Of a DNA stretch of 64,000 nucleotides, positions 18,191 to 28,473 are shown piece after piece; positions within the stretch are counted from its first letter, which is position 1, and every line of letters starts with the position of its first letter. The stretch comes from a virus (Duplodnaviria > Caudoviricetes). The DNA lies in IMG/VR virus record IMGVR_UViG_2622736592_000004, positions 32,001-96,000 of that record; one strand, 5' to 3'. Position numbers and translations under genes: made by a program. The notes below the pieces were generated by a model that made no database searches, was not told the origin of the DNA, and saw only the letters and a list, made by a program, of their open reading frames with translations.

Positions 18191-19387
18191 CTAGAGCGGA
18201 ACTTCGACGGTCGCGCCACGCCTGGCGAGTTGTCGGAGGATGTCGCGCTGCACGGCGGCAGCGGGGTTGAGCATCTGGGCGGAGCCGACGCCGATGACCG
18301 GACGGATCGTTTCGCCGTCGTCGGGGCTGGCCTCGATCTCCACAGCCGAGATCACGTCGGGCACGTCCGGCAGGCCCGGGTATGCCTCCACCGCGACCAG
18401 GTCCCCGAGCCGGTAGTTGACGCCGTACCGCTGGCCGTCGATGTCGGCGGCGACCACGGCGAGGCGCTGCACCTCAGCCGACCCGGCCAGATCGTCATCG
18501 ACGGCAGCCTCAAGCTCCGTCAGGTTGTCGGAACCGGCAGCGTCGATGAACGTCTCCAAGCGCCACCAGTCGCCCGGATCGCCCCGCTCGACGATGACCC
18601 GGTTCACCCCGGAGTCCTTGCCGCCGCCGATGCCGACCGTCGCCGACGGCGCTTCCGGCTCGTGTTTGATTGACAGCAGGTTGCCCATCGACCGGGAGAA
18701 CCAGATCCCGCCGGTCTTGTCTTCGGGGCCGTACACCTGGAACTCGATGGTGTCGTTGACCTGCTGGGTGCGGAACCCGACCCTGCCGCCGGCCAAGTTG
18801 ACGATGCCGCGCAGGTCGTCGGTCACCGGGGCGAACCGCGTCGACCACGACACCGGGTCACCGCCGAGCCCAGCCGGATCCCCGAGAACCAGTTGCGGTA
18901 TCCGCCTCGCAGGAAGGGCACCCGGCCCCGCGTTGGAGTTGACCAGGGAACGCATCAGGTTCTCCGGCGCGTCCGTGAACGTCCACTTGGCCACGTCCTG
19001 TGCGGTCGCCGCGAGCGCGGGGTTGGGGTAGCTGAGCCTGCCTGCGATCAGCGCCAAGTCGTCGGCGAAGCGGACCGTGAGGTCGCCGTAGCCGTCATCG
19101 CCGTGGGTGGCCGCCGACCAGTCCAGCGCCCCCGCGTACTCGATCGGTCCGGCCAGCAGGATGACCCCGTTGCGTTCGACCACGGCCCGAGCCTTGGGGG
19201 TGCGGACGGCGGTGACTACGTCCGGGTACGCCGGCACGGTGAACTCACCGGACGACACCTCGTTGAACCGGAGCGTCACCGACAGGGACGTCCAGTCGTC
19301 GACCTGCTGAGAGATGACATTGAGGTCACCGTCGGTGATCCAGATGACGTATTCGGCGGGGGTAGGTGCGGGGCCGTGAACACCCAC
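18191..19387 (-). CDS. Siphovirus minor tail protein (Gp37-like/Tal)
   Basis: LRFNEVSSGEF...RYGVNYRLGDLV; follows distal tail gene. Confidence 0.8.
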   Translation of the reverse strand: MGVHGPAPTPAEYVIWITDGDLNVISQQVDDWTSLSVTLRFNEVSSGEFTVPAYPDVVTAVRTPKARAVVERNGVILLAGPIEYAGALDWSAATHGDDGYGDLTVRFADDLALIAGRLSYPNPALAATAQDVAKWTFTDAPENLMRSLVNSNAGPGALPARRIPQLVLGDPAGLGGDPVSWSTRFAPVTDDLRGIVNLAGGRVGFRTQQVNDTIEFQVYGPEDKTGGIWFSRSMGNLLSIKHEPEAPSATVGIGGGKDSGVNRVIVERGDPGDWWRLETFIDAAGSDNLTELEAAVDDDLAGSAEVQRLAVVAADIDGQRYGVNYRLGDLVAVEAYPGLPDVPDVISAVEIEASPDDGETIRPVIGVGSAQMLNPAAAVQRDILRQLARRGATVEVPL

Positions 19388-19397
19388 AAGCCACCCC

Positions 19398-20345
19398 CTA
19401 CGCCGTGTTGTAGTGGGGGTAGAACGTCACGGTGATCGTGGTTCCCGGCCCAGAGCCGGCCACCGTGAACTCCAAGTCGTTGACGCCCGGCCTCAACCGC
19501 CACAGGGTTGAGCCGGGCCGTTGCAGTGCGCCGCCGAGCATTTCCCCAGACGGGCCGAGGACCCGCCCCGGGTCGGTGGTGATGGTGATCGTCTGCCCCG
19601 CCGACAGCGCATAGTTGATGGTGAACTGCTGGCCGAGGGTGTTGTTGGTGGCGACCAGTTGCGTCGCCGGCCCCGTCAACGTCCAGGTGGGCCACGCCTC
19701 CACCGTGCCGGGATTGGTCATCTCGGTTGCGCCGAGCACGTCGCCGGAGCTGATGTTGGGGAACGGGTCGAGGTAGTCGACGGTCTCCCCGTAGGCGCGG
19801 GACAGGGTGATGGGCTGCGAGTCCCGCCACAACCCGTCAGGGCAGAACAGCGACAGCGTGGGCGTGTCCTCCGTCTGCCCCTGGCCGGGTTCGCCTTCCC
19901 ACCCGGACTGGTAGTAGGCGAGCACCTCACGCGCGGTGCCGTCGGGGCGGACCAGCCGAAACAGACCCGGGCCGTCCCACATGGTTAACGCGAACGACTC
20001 CGCTAAATCCCGCCACCGCTGCAGGAATTCGAGGTGCGTCTTACCTCGGATCCGCACCGGCCACGTCAAGTTGCGGGCCTGCCGACGCACCCCCGTCACC
20101 TGGACCCCGCCACGTGCGGCAGGACGCGACTGGATGGCGATGGGGGTGAGCCCGTAGCCGGTGACGGCATTCAGGGAGAACAGGTCCCGGCCGGGCGGGT
20201 TGAGATACCACTCCACCCCGGCCGGATCAATCCACAGCGGCACATACTCGCCCGGATCGAACCGGGGCAGCGGCACCGGTAGCGGCCTCGGTGGGGGTGG
20301 CTCAACCGGCGGTGTGGTGGGGGCAGCCCCAATGATCAGCGGCAC
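19398..20345 (-). CDS. Distal tail protein (Dit-like)
   Basis: NPGTVEAWPTWTLTGP, LWRLRPGVN; directly after tape measure. Confidence 0.8.
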   Translation of the reverse strand: MPLIIGAAPTTPPVEPPPPRPLPVPLPRFDPGEYVPLWIDPAGVEWYLNPPGRDLFSLNAVTGYGLTPIAIQSRPAARGGVQVTGVRRQARNLTWPVRIRGKTHLEFLQRWRDLAESFALTMWDGPGLFRLVRPDGTAREVLAYYQSGWEGEPGQGQTEDTPTLSLFCPDGLWRDSQPITLSRAYGETVDYLDPFPNISSGDVLGATEMTNPGTVEAWPTWTLTGPATQLVATNNTLGQQFTINYALSAGQTITITTDPGRVLGPSGEMLGGALQRPGSTLWRLRPGVNDLEFTVAGSGPGTTITVTFYPHYNTA

Positions 20346-20366
20346 CAGCCACCCCCACCCATCTGA

Positions 20367-23300
20367 TTAGCCCTTGCGTCCGACGCGGGCGCGAGCATCC
20401 ATCTGCCGCAGGGTCGCCGACATCTCCGACAGCGACGGCGGCCCGCCCTGCGAGTTGACGGTCATGTTGTTGGTGACCTGCGTCGACACACCCGAACCTT
20501 GGTCGCCGCGCACGAACCTGCCGCCGTACCAGCCTGCGCCGATGGACAGCAGATCCTCACCCCGCCGCCGGCTACCCAGTCGGGGGAGGAACAGTTCCCC
20601 GCCGGTGCCCTTCTCGGCGAAGCCGTACAGGGTCTTCGCCGAGTCGAACAGGCCACCCTCGGACAGGCTGAGCAGCCCCGACGGGGAGCCCATGTACACG
20701 CCGCCGATCGCGTTCGGGGTGAGCACGATCTTCCCGTACTGCTTGAGCAAGCTGTCGATCTGCGACTTCGGCATGCCCGACCCGCCGAGGATCTTCCGTA
20801 GCTGATCCACGTACGAGTCGTAGACGCCGGTCGCCTTCGACTTGCTGCCCGTCTGCTCCAACACGGCCTGCGCCGCGTCCTGCGCGTCCTTGAGGAACCG
20901 GAACAGGGCGGTCAGGTTATCCCGACCAACCTCATCCTTCACATCGAAGATCGGCTTGTTCAGCGAGAACAGATCCGTGATGCTGGCCAACGAACCCTCA
21001 GCGGAGATCGCCGCCTGCGCGGCAGCGATGTTCTTCTCCGACCCCACCGGACCCGGCGTGTCATAGGTGGGCCGGGTGGCCAGCTTCTTCATCAACGAGT
21101 CGATGGTCGAAGCCGACACCTTCTGCTGCTTGAGGGTGGATCTCAACTTCGCGATGTGGGCGTCGTACTCCTTGTTCGCAGCCTTCACGCTGCCCGTCTC
21201 GCGGAACTTCGCCTGCGCGGCCTCCTCGGCAGCCTTCACTGACGAGATGACGGCGGAGTAGTTTTCGCGTCCCTTTTTCGTCGACAGACTGAACGAGCGC
21301 CCGTTCTCCTTGAGGCTTTCATTCAGTCTCTGGATGGCGTCCCGGGCCTGGATGTATGCCTCCACCGACTCCAGCGGGGTACCCCGATCCGAGGACGTGG
21401 AAGACGCCGACGCACCGTAGGCGACCAACCCCGACGCCGCCGCGACCATGCTGCCACCGGCGATCACACCACCGGCAGCCATCGGCACCACCCTGGCGTT
21501 GTTCCACGACGCGGCCTCGGCCAGGATCGACAGGCTTCGGTTCCGGTCACCCCGGCGGGGGATGTACGCTTCCCCGCCGGTTTCCGGCTCCGCGAATTTC
21601 ACCAGGGGTGGGTTGCTGGCCGGGTAGATGCCGGCCTCCAACGTGCCACCGGCAGCCATCGGAATCGGCCGGTCGATGCCACCCCACCGCTTGAGCTGCG
21701 TACCACCCGGCACTTTCAGGTTGCCGCTGCTCGTCCACCGCACCTGCCCGGTGATCGTGAAATGCCGATCGCGAAACGAGTTCAGCACCGACTTCGCGGC
21801 ACGCATGTCCGCCATCGCCTGCGCCGTTTTCGCCCCGATCAGCACGACCTTGCCGTTCGGCAGTTGGCGGATCTGGTAGAGCACACCGCCGACCTGGCTG
21901 GCGGCGTTCGTCGCACCCGGGGCGGTAACCGGCGTGGTGACCGCCGGCGGCATCATCCCGTACCGTTCGATCAGTGCATCGATCTGCTCGTCGGTCAGCT
22001 TCGCCCCGTGCAAGGTCTTCCGCAGCGCCTCAATGTACTTGTCGTACACCCCGGCGGCCTGCTCCACAGAACCGGTTTCCTCGAACCGCTTCTGTGCCGC
22101 TTCGGCCGCAGCCTGGATCATATCCAGGGTGAGCTGCTTGTTCTCCCGCCCCTTTTCGTTGGCGATATTGAAATCGGTCCCCTGCTTGTTAAGGGCGCGC
22201 CCGTTCTCTTTCAGCGCAGCCGATAGCCGGTCAACGCTTTCTTCCGCCTTGATCTCAGCCTCAGCAGACGAGATCGCGGCCCCGTTCAGCTCGTTGAATA
22301 CGTCGATCAAGTCCCGGCCTGAGGTGACCGCACCCCGCAAGCCGCCGGTGAGGGTCCGCGCACGAGTCTCCAGCGCGGCCAGCGACCCGGCACCATTGTT
22401 CGCGGCACCGTTGAGGCGTTCCATCTGCCCGACGGTCTGCGGCATGATCTTCGCAAGCTCACCCGCGTCCAGCCCCGAAGCCGACAAGATCCGATTCCAG
22501 GCGGCGTTGACACCCGCCGTGTTATTGGTTGTCTTCGCGTACTGGGCGACCGCCGAATCCAGGGCTTGGATGCGCTCCTTACCGCCGGTGAAACTGTCCC
22601 CGTAGATCAGCTCGTTCAGGGACTTCGCTGGTGGCAACAGCGACTCGATCGACCGACCAAGATTCGGGAACCACTTGTCGCCTGCCGTCTCAGCCGACAG
22701 GTTGAGCCCCTCCAGGTTGTCGCCGAACACCCGGGTCAACTCACCTGTCGCCCGGCCAGTCTCGGCGAACTCCTCAACCGACTTGGTGAGCCGGTCCACG
22801 TCGGCGATCGGGTCCACGAACTGGTCGAGCACCGCCCCGGCGAGCTGCAACGCGATGAGCGCAGTCACAGCCTTGTTGGCTGCTGACGCAAACCCGGTAA
22901 TCCCCTTAGCCGCCAACGCTCCGGCGGGACCCATCGCAGCAACCTTCACCGCAGCACCTTGAGCCGCAAGACCCAGGGTGGCCACTGCGCCGCTGGTCTT
23001 CTTCGCTACCGCACCCAGCGCGAGCGCAGCAATGACGAACGACTGGAACTCGTCACCGAGCGCGTTGAACAGGTCGAACACCACGCGCAGCGCGGCGGAG
23101 CCGGTGGCGAGGATGTCGAACATGGTGGCGAGACCCTCGCGGGTGCCCGGATCCGCGAGCGCGTCGCGGGCGATACCGGCGAGGGGCCCCAGCACTTCCG
23201 CCATGCCCTCATACGCGGTGGTCAGGGTATCGACGATGCCGGCGATGTCCTCCGCGCCCCGCCCCGACGCCATGTACTCGTCGAGGGCCCGCGCCGTCCC

Positions 23301-24596
23301 TACAATCGCGCTGTTCTGGTTGTTGACGGCGCTGATGACACTGCCGATGATCGACGCCAGATCACCGGTGATCGACATCAGCGCGCTCGCCGACTCGGCA
23401 CCCGCCGCAAAGAACTCCGCCAGGTCGCCAGTCGAGCGGGCACGGGCGATACCAGCAGTCATCGAGTCGATGGCCCCCGCCAGCCGGTCACCGATCACCC
23501 GCACCAGCGGATCGGCGGCGACAGCAACCGACGAAAGGGCACGAGCCACCGGCTGGATGCGCACAACCAGTTGATCGAAGATTCGGTCGGCGGTGGCGGT
23601 GACCTGCTGGAATCCGCCAAGGATCATCGGGTCGGTGGCGGCGTCGGTTATCGCGGTCATGGCGAGCGACCAGTCGTGGGCGAGGATCGTCGCCTGCCGG
23701 CCGACGGTGGGCAGGGTGTCGGTGGCAAGCCGTTCCAAGTTGCCAGCGGCGCTGGCGTAGGCGGCGTCTTGGAGGGACTGCTGTAACCCCAGCAGTTGCG
23801 GCTTGAGCCGCCCCACCTCCTGCACCAGTGCCTTCGCCGAAGGGCTGAGCTGCGTGAACGGGTCGTCGACCTCAAACAGGTCGCCGAGAGCGTCGCTGAG
23901 GCCGATAGAGGCGACCTTGACGGTGCCCATCGCGGCAGCAGCCCCACCGAGAATCCCCGGCAAGGTGCCGACCGCAGCACCAGCAGCGACTGCGGCAGGG
24001 GCGATGTACTGGAGTGCGCCGCCCGCAGCGGCTGCCGCCGACGCGGTGACCGCCAGCAGCGTGCCCGCGCGCTGGCCCAGCTCACTTAGGGCATTGCCGG
24101 CTTCGTCCGCGTCCCGGGCGATCGACTTGACCCCACCGCCAACCGACACGGTGCCCAGCCGGCCGGCAGCCGCCTCGTGGGTGCGTGCCGCAGCGGCGAA
24201 CTTGTCCGACGACGAAGCCCACCGCTCGGTGGCAACCTCATACCGCTTGGATGCCCGGTCGTGGCGGCCCGCCGACTGCTGCGCCGTCTTCGACGCGGCA
24301 GCCAACTTGTCGGCAGCCTCACCGGCCCGACCCGCATGCTCCTCCCACAAGGCCGACGACGACGCGAAGCGGTTCGCCGACCCCTCGTACATGGCGGCAG
24401 CGGCGTCGAACTTCTTCGCAGCGGCGGTGACCTTGCGGCCTGCCGCGTCGAGATTCTTGCCTACCCCGGACGCCTCCCGCTCCAGGCGGGCAAGCTGGTC
24501 GGCGAGCCGGTTGGTGGCCCTGGCCGCCTGCGCCGCGCCTGAGGTGTAGTCGTGCACCTGCATGCGGAGACGCACAGACACGGTCCGGTCGGCCAT
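20367..24596 (-). CDS. Tape measure protein
   Basis: 1409 aa Ala-rich helical; MADRTVSVRL; FAEPETGGEAYIP motif; follows chaperones. Confidence 0.9.
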   Translation of the reverse strand: MADRTVSVRLRMQVHDYTSGAAQAARATNRLADQLARLEREASGVGKNLDAAGRKVTAAAKKFDAAAAMYEGSANRFASSSALWEEHAGRAGEAADKLAAASKTAQQSAGRHDRASKRYEVATERWASSSDKFAAAARTHEAAAGRLGTVSVGGGVKSIARDADEAGNALSELGQRAGTLLAVTASAAAAAGGALQYIAPAAVAAGAAVGTLPGILGGAAAAMGTVKVASIGLSDALGDLFEVDDPFTQLSPSAKALVQEVGRLKPQLLGLQQSLQDAAYASAAGNLERLATDTLPTVGRQATILAHDWSLAMTAITDAATDPMILGGFQQVTATADRIFDQLVVRIQPVARALSSVAVAADPLVRVIGDRLAGAIDSMTAGIARARSTGDLAEFFAAGAESASALMSITGDLASIIGSVISAVNNQNSAIVGTARALDEYMASGRGAEDIAGIVDTLTTAYEGMAEVLGPLAGIARDALADPGTREGLATMFDILATGSAALRVVFDLFNALGDEFQSFVIAALALGAVAKKTSGAVATLGLAAQGAAVKVAAMGPAGALAAKGITGFASAANKAVTALIALQLAGAVLDQFVDPIADVDRLTKSVEEFAETGRATGELTRVFGDNLEGLNLSAETAGDKWFPNLGRSIESLLPPAKSLNELIYGDSFTGGKERIQALDSAVAQYAKTTNNTAGVNAAWNRILSASGLDAGELAKIMPQTVGQMERLNGAANNGAGSLAALETRARTLTGGLRGAVTSGRDLIDVFNELNGAAISSAEAEIKAEESVDRLSAALKENGRALNKQGTDFNIANEKGRENKQLTLDMIQAAAEAAQKRFEETGSVEQAAGVYDKYIEALRKTLHGAKLTDEQIDALIERYGMMPPAVTTPVTAPGATNAASQVGGVLYQIRQLPNGKVVLIGAKTAQAMADMRAAKSVLNSFRDRHFTITGQVRWTSSGNLKVPGGTQLKRWGGIDRPIPMAAGGTLEAGIYPASNPPLVKFAEPETGGEAYIPRRGDRNRSLSILAEAASWNNARVVPMAAGGVIAGGSMVAAASGLVAYGASASSTSSDRGTPLESVEAYIQARDAIQRLNESLKENGRSFSLSTKKGRENYSAVISSVKAAEEAAQAKFRETGSVKAANKEYDAHIAKLRSTLKQQKVSASTIDSLMKKLATRPTYDTPGPVGSEKNIAAAQAAISAEGSLASITDLFSLNKPIFDVKDEVGRDNLTALFRFLKDAQDAAQAVLEQTGSKSKATGVYDSYVDQLRKILGGSGMPKSQIDSLLKQYGKIVLTPNAIGGVYMGSPSGLLSLSEGGLFDSAKTLYGFAEKGTGGELFLPRLGSRRRGEDLLSIGAGWYGGRFVRGDQGSGVSTQVTNNMTVNSQGGPPSLSEMSATLRQMDARARVGRKG

Positions 24597-25062
24597 TACC
24601 GCCCCTTCCGTCTGCGTCGGGGCGGCTTGGCGACACGCACAACCGTGTGGATCATGTACGGGGCCTGGTCTGGGTCGTTCTTCGACCACTTCTCTTCCGA
24701 CCGCACCAGCGCCTTGCAGCTAAAGCACTCGGTGGGGTCTTCGGCCACGTACTGGCTGGTGGCGTCAGGGTTGTCTGGGTCGTTGTCCGGGTCCGTGCAC
24801 TCCGCCAACGGCTGCCCGCACTTGCGGCACAGGGTGGCCTCGTGCAGGTCCAAGGCGAGCATCCACGCCCGCTCCCGGCCATCCCACTCCACCTCGCGGG
24901 ACGTCACCCATCGGGTGGGGCGACCCTGCTCATCCCACGCGGTCACCTCAGTGGCTTCGCGGGGCTCCCACCCGTCGAACCGCTTGAGGCTGACCCCTAG
25001 GCCGCGAGCGGCAGTCAGCTTCCGGCGGAGTTCCGGGGACTCTGCGAGCTGACCGGCGAGAA
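24596..25062 (-). CDS. Tail assembly chaperone, -1 frameshift extension
   Basis: Frame entered at slippery site; CRKCG...CFSC. Confidence 0.75.
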
Positions 25063-25578
25063 AGGGACATCGTGGTCCACCTGGTTGAGGTCCCACGCCT
25101 CGTTGGCCAGCTTGTTGAACTGGGCGTCGGACAGCTTCACGTACAGGCGATCCCATCGGTCCCCGCTCAGTTCGGGGAACACGATCGACTGTCGGACGAA
25201 GGCGGGGAAGAACGTGTCGTAGTTGACGCCGAGCCCGTCCTTCGGTTCGCGCTTGCCGGTTGCCTTGTCGACGCGCGGCGGGTGCTTGGCGAACAGCGCA
25301 TTCCACTCCGGCTTCGGCAAGGCGCGCAGCGTGAACTCCACCGTGTGCCGGCGCATCTCGTCCGCGAGGCGGTCCAGCTCCGGCTGGTCCGGGTCAGGTG
25401 CGGGGGCCTTCGTCGCGAGCCGGTCGTCACCGGGCAGCCCGCCAGACTCGGCCTGCACGGCGCGTTCGTCGATCGCAGCCTTGAGACGCTCGTACTCGGC
25501 GCGCAGCCTGCCGTTGAGGCAGAGGGCCACGGTCGTTTCGGCGAGGGTCGCCTGATCGAGGATGCTGTCGAAATCCAT
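25015..25578 (-). CDS. Tail assembly chaperone
   Basis: LRALPKPEWNALFAKHPPR; ends DVPFS. Confidence 0.8.
   Translation of the reverse strand: MDFDSILDQATLAETTVALCLNGRLRAEYERLKAAIDERAVQAESGGLPGDDRLATKAPAPDPDQPELDRLADEMRRHTVEFTLRALPKPEWNALFAKHPPRVDKATGKREPKDGLGVNYDTFFPAFVRQSIVFPELSGDRWDRLYVKLSDAQFNKLANEAWDLNQVDHDVPFSPVSSQSPRNSAGS
25060..25066 (-). promoter_or_regulatory. -1 programmed frameshift site C CCT TTC
   Basis: X XXY YYZ heptamer in chaperone frame; -1 frame open to 24596. Confidence 0.7.
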
Positions 25579-25667
25579 GGTTGGTCGCTCCCCAGCGAAG
25601 TCGGGTATGGGAGCGGGCCGCATCCCACTGTCGGATGCGGCCCGCGAAGAAGAAGGGGCGAGCGGGG

Positions 25668-26174
25668 TTACGGGCCGGCGACGACCGCCACGTCACGCTG
25701 CACCGAGCCGATGACGAACGGCTTCTGCGTGATCTTGTGCACGGAGTTCCGGGCCGGGGTGTTTTTGCGAGGGAGCCCCATCTCCACGGGGTACACGTCC
25801 ACCAGGTCCCCGACGGCGATCGCATCCTCGAAGTCGACGGCCCACCTGAGCACGATGTTGCCTTGGGTGCCCGGCGCGAGGGCGATGCGCGCCTCGTCGT
25901 CGTCGGGAGACGCCGGGTTGAAGACGTAGGTCAACTCCAGCGTGTCGGTGAAGTCGCCGCGCGCCTCGAAAATCTGCTTCGAGCACAGACGCGGGTCGTC
26001 GATCGTGTTCTCGCTGATCTCCGTGGTCAGGCCGTCGCCGGTCAGGTAGCAGGACAGGTCGAGGACCGTGCCCGCAGTCAGCTCCGTGAGCTTCGGCGCG
26101 GCAGTGTTGGCGATGGCCGGCACCCACAGCGCCGTCATCGTTCCATTGGTATTTACTGCAATGGGCTGACTCAC
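25668..26174 (-). CDS. Major tail (tube) protein
   Basis: WVPAIAN..AP...EL..GT..DLSCYL...DPRLCS...VDVYPV. Confidence 0.85.
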   Translation of the reverse strand: MSQPIAVNTNGTMTALWVPAIANTAAPKLTELTAGTVLDLSCYLTGDGLTTEISENTIDDPRLCSKQIFEARGDFTDTLELTYVFNPASPDDDEARIALAPGTQGNIVLRWAVDFEDAIAVGDLVDVYPVEMGLPRKNTPARNSVHKITQKPFVIGSVQRDVAVVAGP

Positions 26175-26524
26175 GAGCGCTTACCGCCCTTCGTGCTGGT
26201 GGTGGAGGTGGTCGGGGCGGCGTTGGCGTCCTCGGCGGCGCTCGCGGTGTCGTCGGTGGTGGGCGTGTCGCCTCGGCCCTCACCGGCGGTGCCGTCACCC
26301 TTCGGAGCGGCATCGCCGCCAAGGTCGGTGCGGTACTTCGCCGGGCGGGCACGGCGACCCCAGTTGAGGGGGTAGTCCGGCACGGGGGTCATGCCGTCAC
26401 GGATCGCGGTCTGCGGCACGTCGTAGCGGTGACCGGTGTCGGCGTCCTCCACCCACACGAACGGCACCCGGCCGGTCGTATCGCGTGGCGCAGACCGCCG
26501 GCCGCCGAGGCGGTCGTCAGCCAT
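26171..26524 (-). CDS. Small hypothetical virion-cluster protein
   Basis: WVEDADTGHRYDV; coupled to neighbours. Confidence 0.6.
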   Translation of the reverse strand: MADDRLGGRRSAPRDTTGRVPFVWVEDADTGHRYDVPQTAIRDGMTPVPDYPLNWGRRARPAKYRTDLGGDAAPKGDGTAGEGRGDTPTTDDTASAAEDANAAPTTSTTSTKGGKRS

Positions 26525-26535
26525 TACTGGTCCTC

Positions 26536-26985
26536 TCAGGTCGTACGGATCGGGGAGCTGTGCAGGGTGAAGAACAAGGGCGTGAAGTAGATGCGCCTGC
26601 CATCCGGGGACTTGACGTTCGGATCGACGGCGGGCGGGCCGGGGATGCCGGGCTCCTGCTCGATGTCGCCGCAGCGCCGGCCGACGATGGTTGGTCGTTT
26701 GCGGTGCAGCACCCGCCGGGCGCGATCAGCCGCCCCCAGCACATCGAGCGGGGTCAGGCCGACACACGTGATTTGGGTGCGGGTCCACACCTCACCGCCG
26801 TCCCCGGCGAGACGCTCCACCACCGGACTGCCGGGGGCACCCCACACCACGTAGTGCGGAAAGGTGAGCTGGTCGTCGGGCACGTTGACGTCGCCCTCAT
26901 GCACCTCAAAGGCAGTGCCGGTACGCAGCAGGGCGGCGACGGCCTGGGCGTGATCGACGGACGGCTCAACCGACGGAGCGGTCAC
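26536..26985 (-). CDS. Tail terminator-like protein
   Basis: PHYVVW...QITCVG; synteny. Confidence 0.7.
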   Translation of the reverse strand: MTAPSVEPSVDHAQAVAALLRTGTAFEVHEGDVNVPDDQLTFPHYVVWGAPGSPVVERLAGDGGEVWTRTQITCVGLTPLDVLGAADRARRVLHRKRPTIVGRRCGDIEQEPGIPGPPAVDPNVKSPDGRRIYFTPLFFTLHSSPIRTT

Positions 26986-26999
26986 GCGGCCACCCCCGA

Positions 27000-27377
27000 T
27001 CAGTCGAACGGGTCGCCGATCGCCTCACACGCGGCGATGAAGCCTGGAGCCACGGCGTCGAGGGACGGGCCGACGAACGGCCGCGGGGCCATACGGGAAG
27101 TGCCGTGCTCGACGAACTTTGCGTAATGGGCTTCCGGCCCGTACTCGCCTTCCATCGCCCCGGACCTGCCGTCGCCAGTGAACGAGGTCGTCACCGATGA
27201 CCGCATGAAACCCGTGTCGACAGCCGCCAGCCGGCGGGCGACGCTTGCGCCTTCCTCGGTGGAGCGCCGGACCACCGCTGCGCCCTTCGCGCCGATCCGT
27301 TTCCCGGCGGTGCGTAACTGCGCCTCGATCGGTGCGAACTCCAGAACACCGTCCACCCAGATGGCAGCCACGGTCAC
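27000..27377 (-). CDS. HK97 gp10-like neck protein
   Basis: VDTGFMRSS...YAKFVEHGTSRMAPRPFVGP. Confidence 0.85.
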   Translation of the reverse strand: MTVAAIWVDGVLEFAPIEAQLRTAGKRIGAKGAAVVRRSTEEGASVARRLAAVDTGFMRSSVTTSFTGDGRSGAMEGEYGPEAHYAKFVEHGTSRMAPRPFVGPSLDAVAPGFIAACEAIGDPFD

Positions 27378-27805
27378 CCCCGACGGTTGATGGGTTCCTC
27401 GATGTCGCAGCCGACGTTGCGCTGCCACGACAGGCCAGAGCGGGGCACATCCACCACCCGCAGCCGCACACCCGGCAGAGACGGGTCGCCGTCGCAGCCG
27501 TCGACCACCCACACATCCCGGACGTGCGGGACGGGGGTCTCGGCGGGCAGCACGAGCAGGTATCCGCCGACCGCCACGATCCGGTCGGCCTGCATGCCCT
27601 GCGCGCCGCTGTTCGCGCGGATCCGCGCCTGACCCGAGTAGATGAGCGCCGGATCTGGAAACGTGGTCGTGCCGGTAGCCGGATCACGCACGCCCGTCTC
27701 GGAGGGGCGCAGCAGTCGACCGGTCACGGTCATCGCAGCCTCAGACACCGGACGGTGGTGCGCCTCGAAACGAGAATGAATCAGGCGGTGGTTGGGCAGC
27801 GGCAT
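27374..27805 (-). CDS. Head closure/head-tail adaptor (DUF6093-like)
   Basis: DPATG....IYSGQARI...DPSLPG.RLRV; synteny. Confidence 0.7.
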   Translation of the reverse strand: MPLPNHRLIHSRFEAHHRPVSEAAMTVTGRLLRPSETGVRDPATGTTTFPDPALIYSGQARIRANSGAQGMQADRIVAVGGYLLVLPAETPVPHVRDVWVVDGCDGDPSLPGVRLRVVDVPRSGLSWQRNVGCDIEEPINRRG

Positions 27806-27816
27806 CAGGGCACCCC

Positions 27817-28473
27817 CTAGAGGTACGAGTCGCCCCAGCTCACCGCCGGAGGGAAGGCGTACAGCGGCAGCAGATTCTGCCCAGGGGCCGTGCCATCGTC
27901 TTGCTCCTCGTCGGCTGCCTGTTCTCGCAACGTCTTCGCCAACGCCCTCAGTTCGGCGGCGACAGCAGCGCCGTTCGTCGTCAGGTCTTGCATGCTAATG
28001 ACCTTGGAGATCAGCACCTCCGACCCGGCGATGATTTCCAGCGCGGCGGCGGCACCCCGCTTGACGCTGCTTCCCTCGGCGGTGATCAGTGCGGCAAGCT
28101 GGGCGTCCTCGAACAGCGGGGCTGTCTCGTCAAGGTCGGAGATCCGCAGTCGCACCATGCCGATAGGGGTGGCCGGGTCAACCGTGATGGGCGGTAGGCC
28201 TACCAGGTCGCGGGCTACAACGAACCTGCCTTGCACCGCATCCTCGGCGGTACCGGTCGCGGTGAGGCTGTACGTGTGGGTTCCGGGGGCTGCAACCTGG
28301 TAGACGGCCCGGTAGGTGCTGCCATCAGCGGTGACCGTCATGGCAGCGGTCGTGCCGTCGGGGCGGGTCACCTCACCCGCTACGGTCGCGCCCGTCACCG
28401 GGTCGCCGTTGACACCACGCAGCGTCCATTCGGCGATGAACTGCTGCCCCTGCCAGTAGACGCGTGCGCTCAC
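27817..28473 (-). CDS. Head-tail connector with extra N-terminal Ig-like domain
   Basis: C-half GMVRLRISD....LFEDAQL...AAAALEIIA; N-half beta-rich VTRPDGT...GSTYRAVY. Confidence 0.7.
   Translation of the reverse strand: MSARVYWQGQQFIAEWTLRGVNGDPVTGATVAGEVTRPDGTTAAMTVTADGSTYRAVYQVAAPGTHTYSLTATGTAEDAVQGRFVVARDLVGLPPITVDPATPIGMVRLRISDLDETAPLFEDAQLAALITAEGSSVKRGAAAALEIIAGSEVLISKVISMQDLTTNGAAVAAELRALAKTLREQAADEEQDDGTAPGQNLLPLYAFPPAVSWGDSYL

Noticed and set aside
25060-25066. Chaperone frameshift as a novelty
   Set aside because: Standard feature of long-tailed phages; listed as a feature only.
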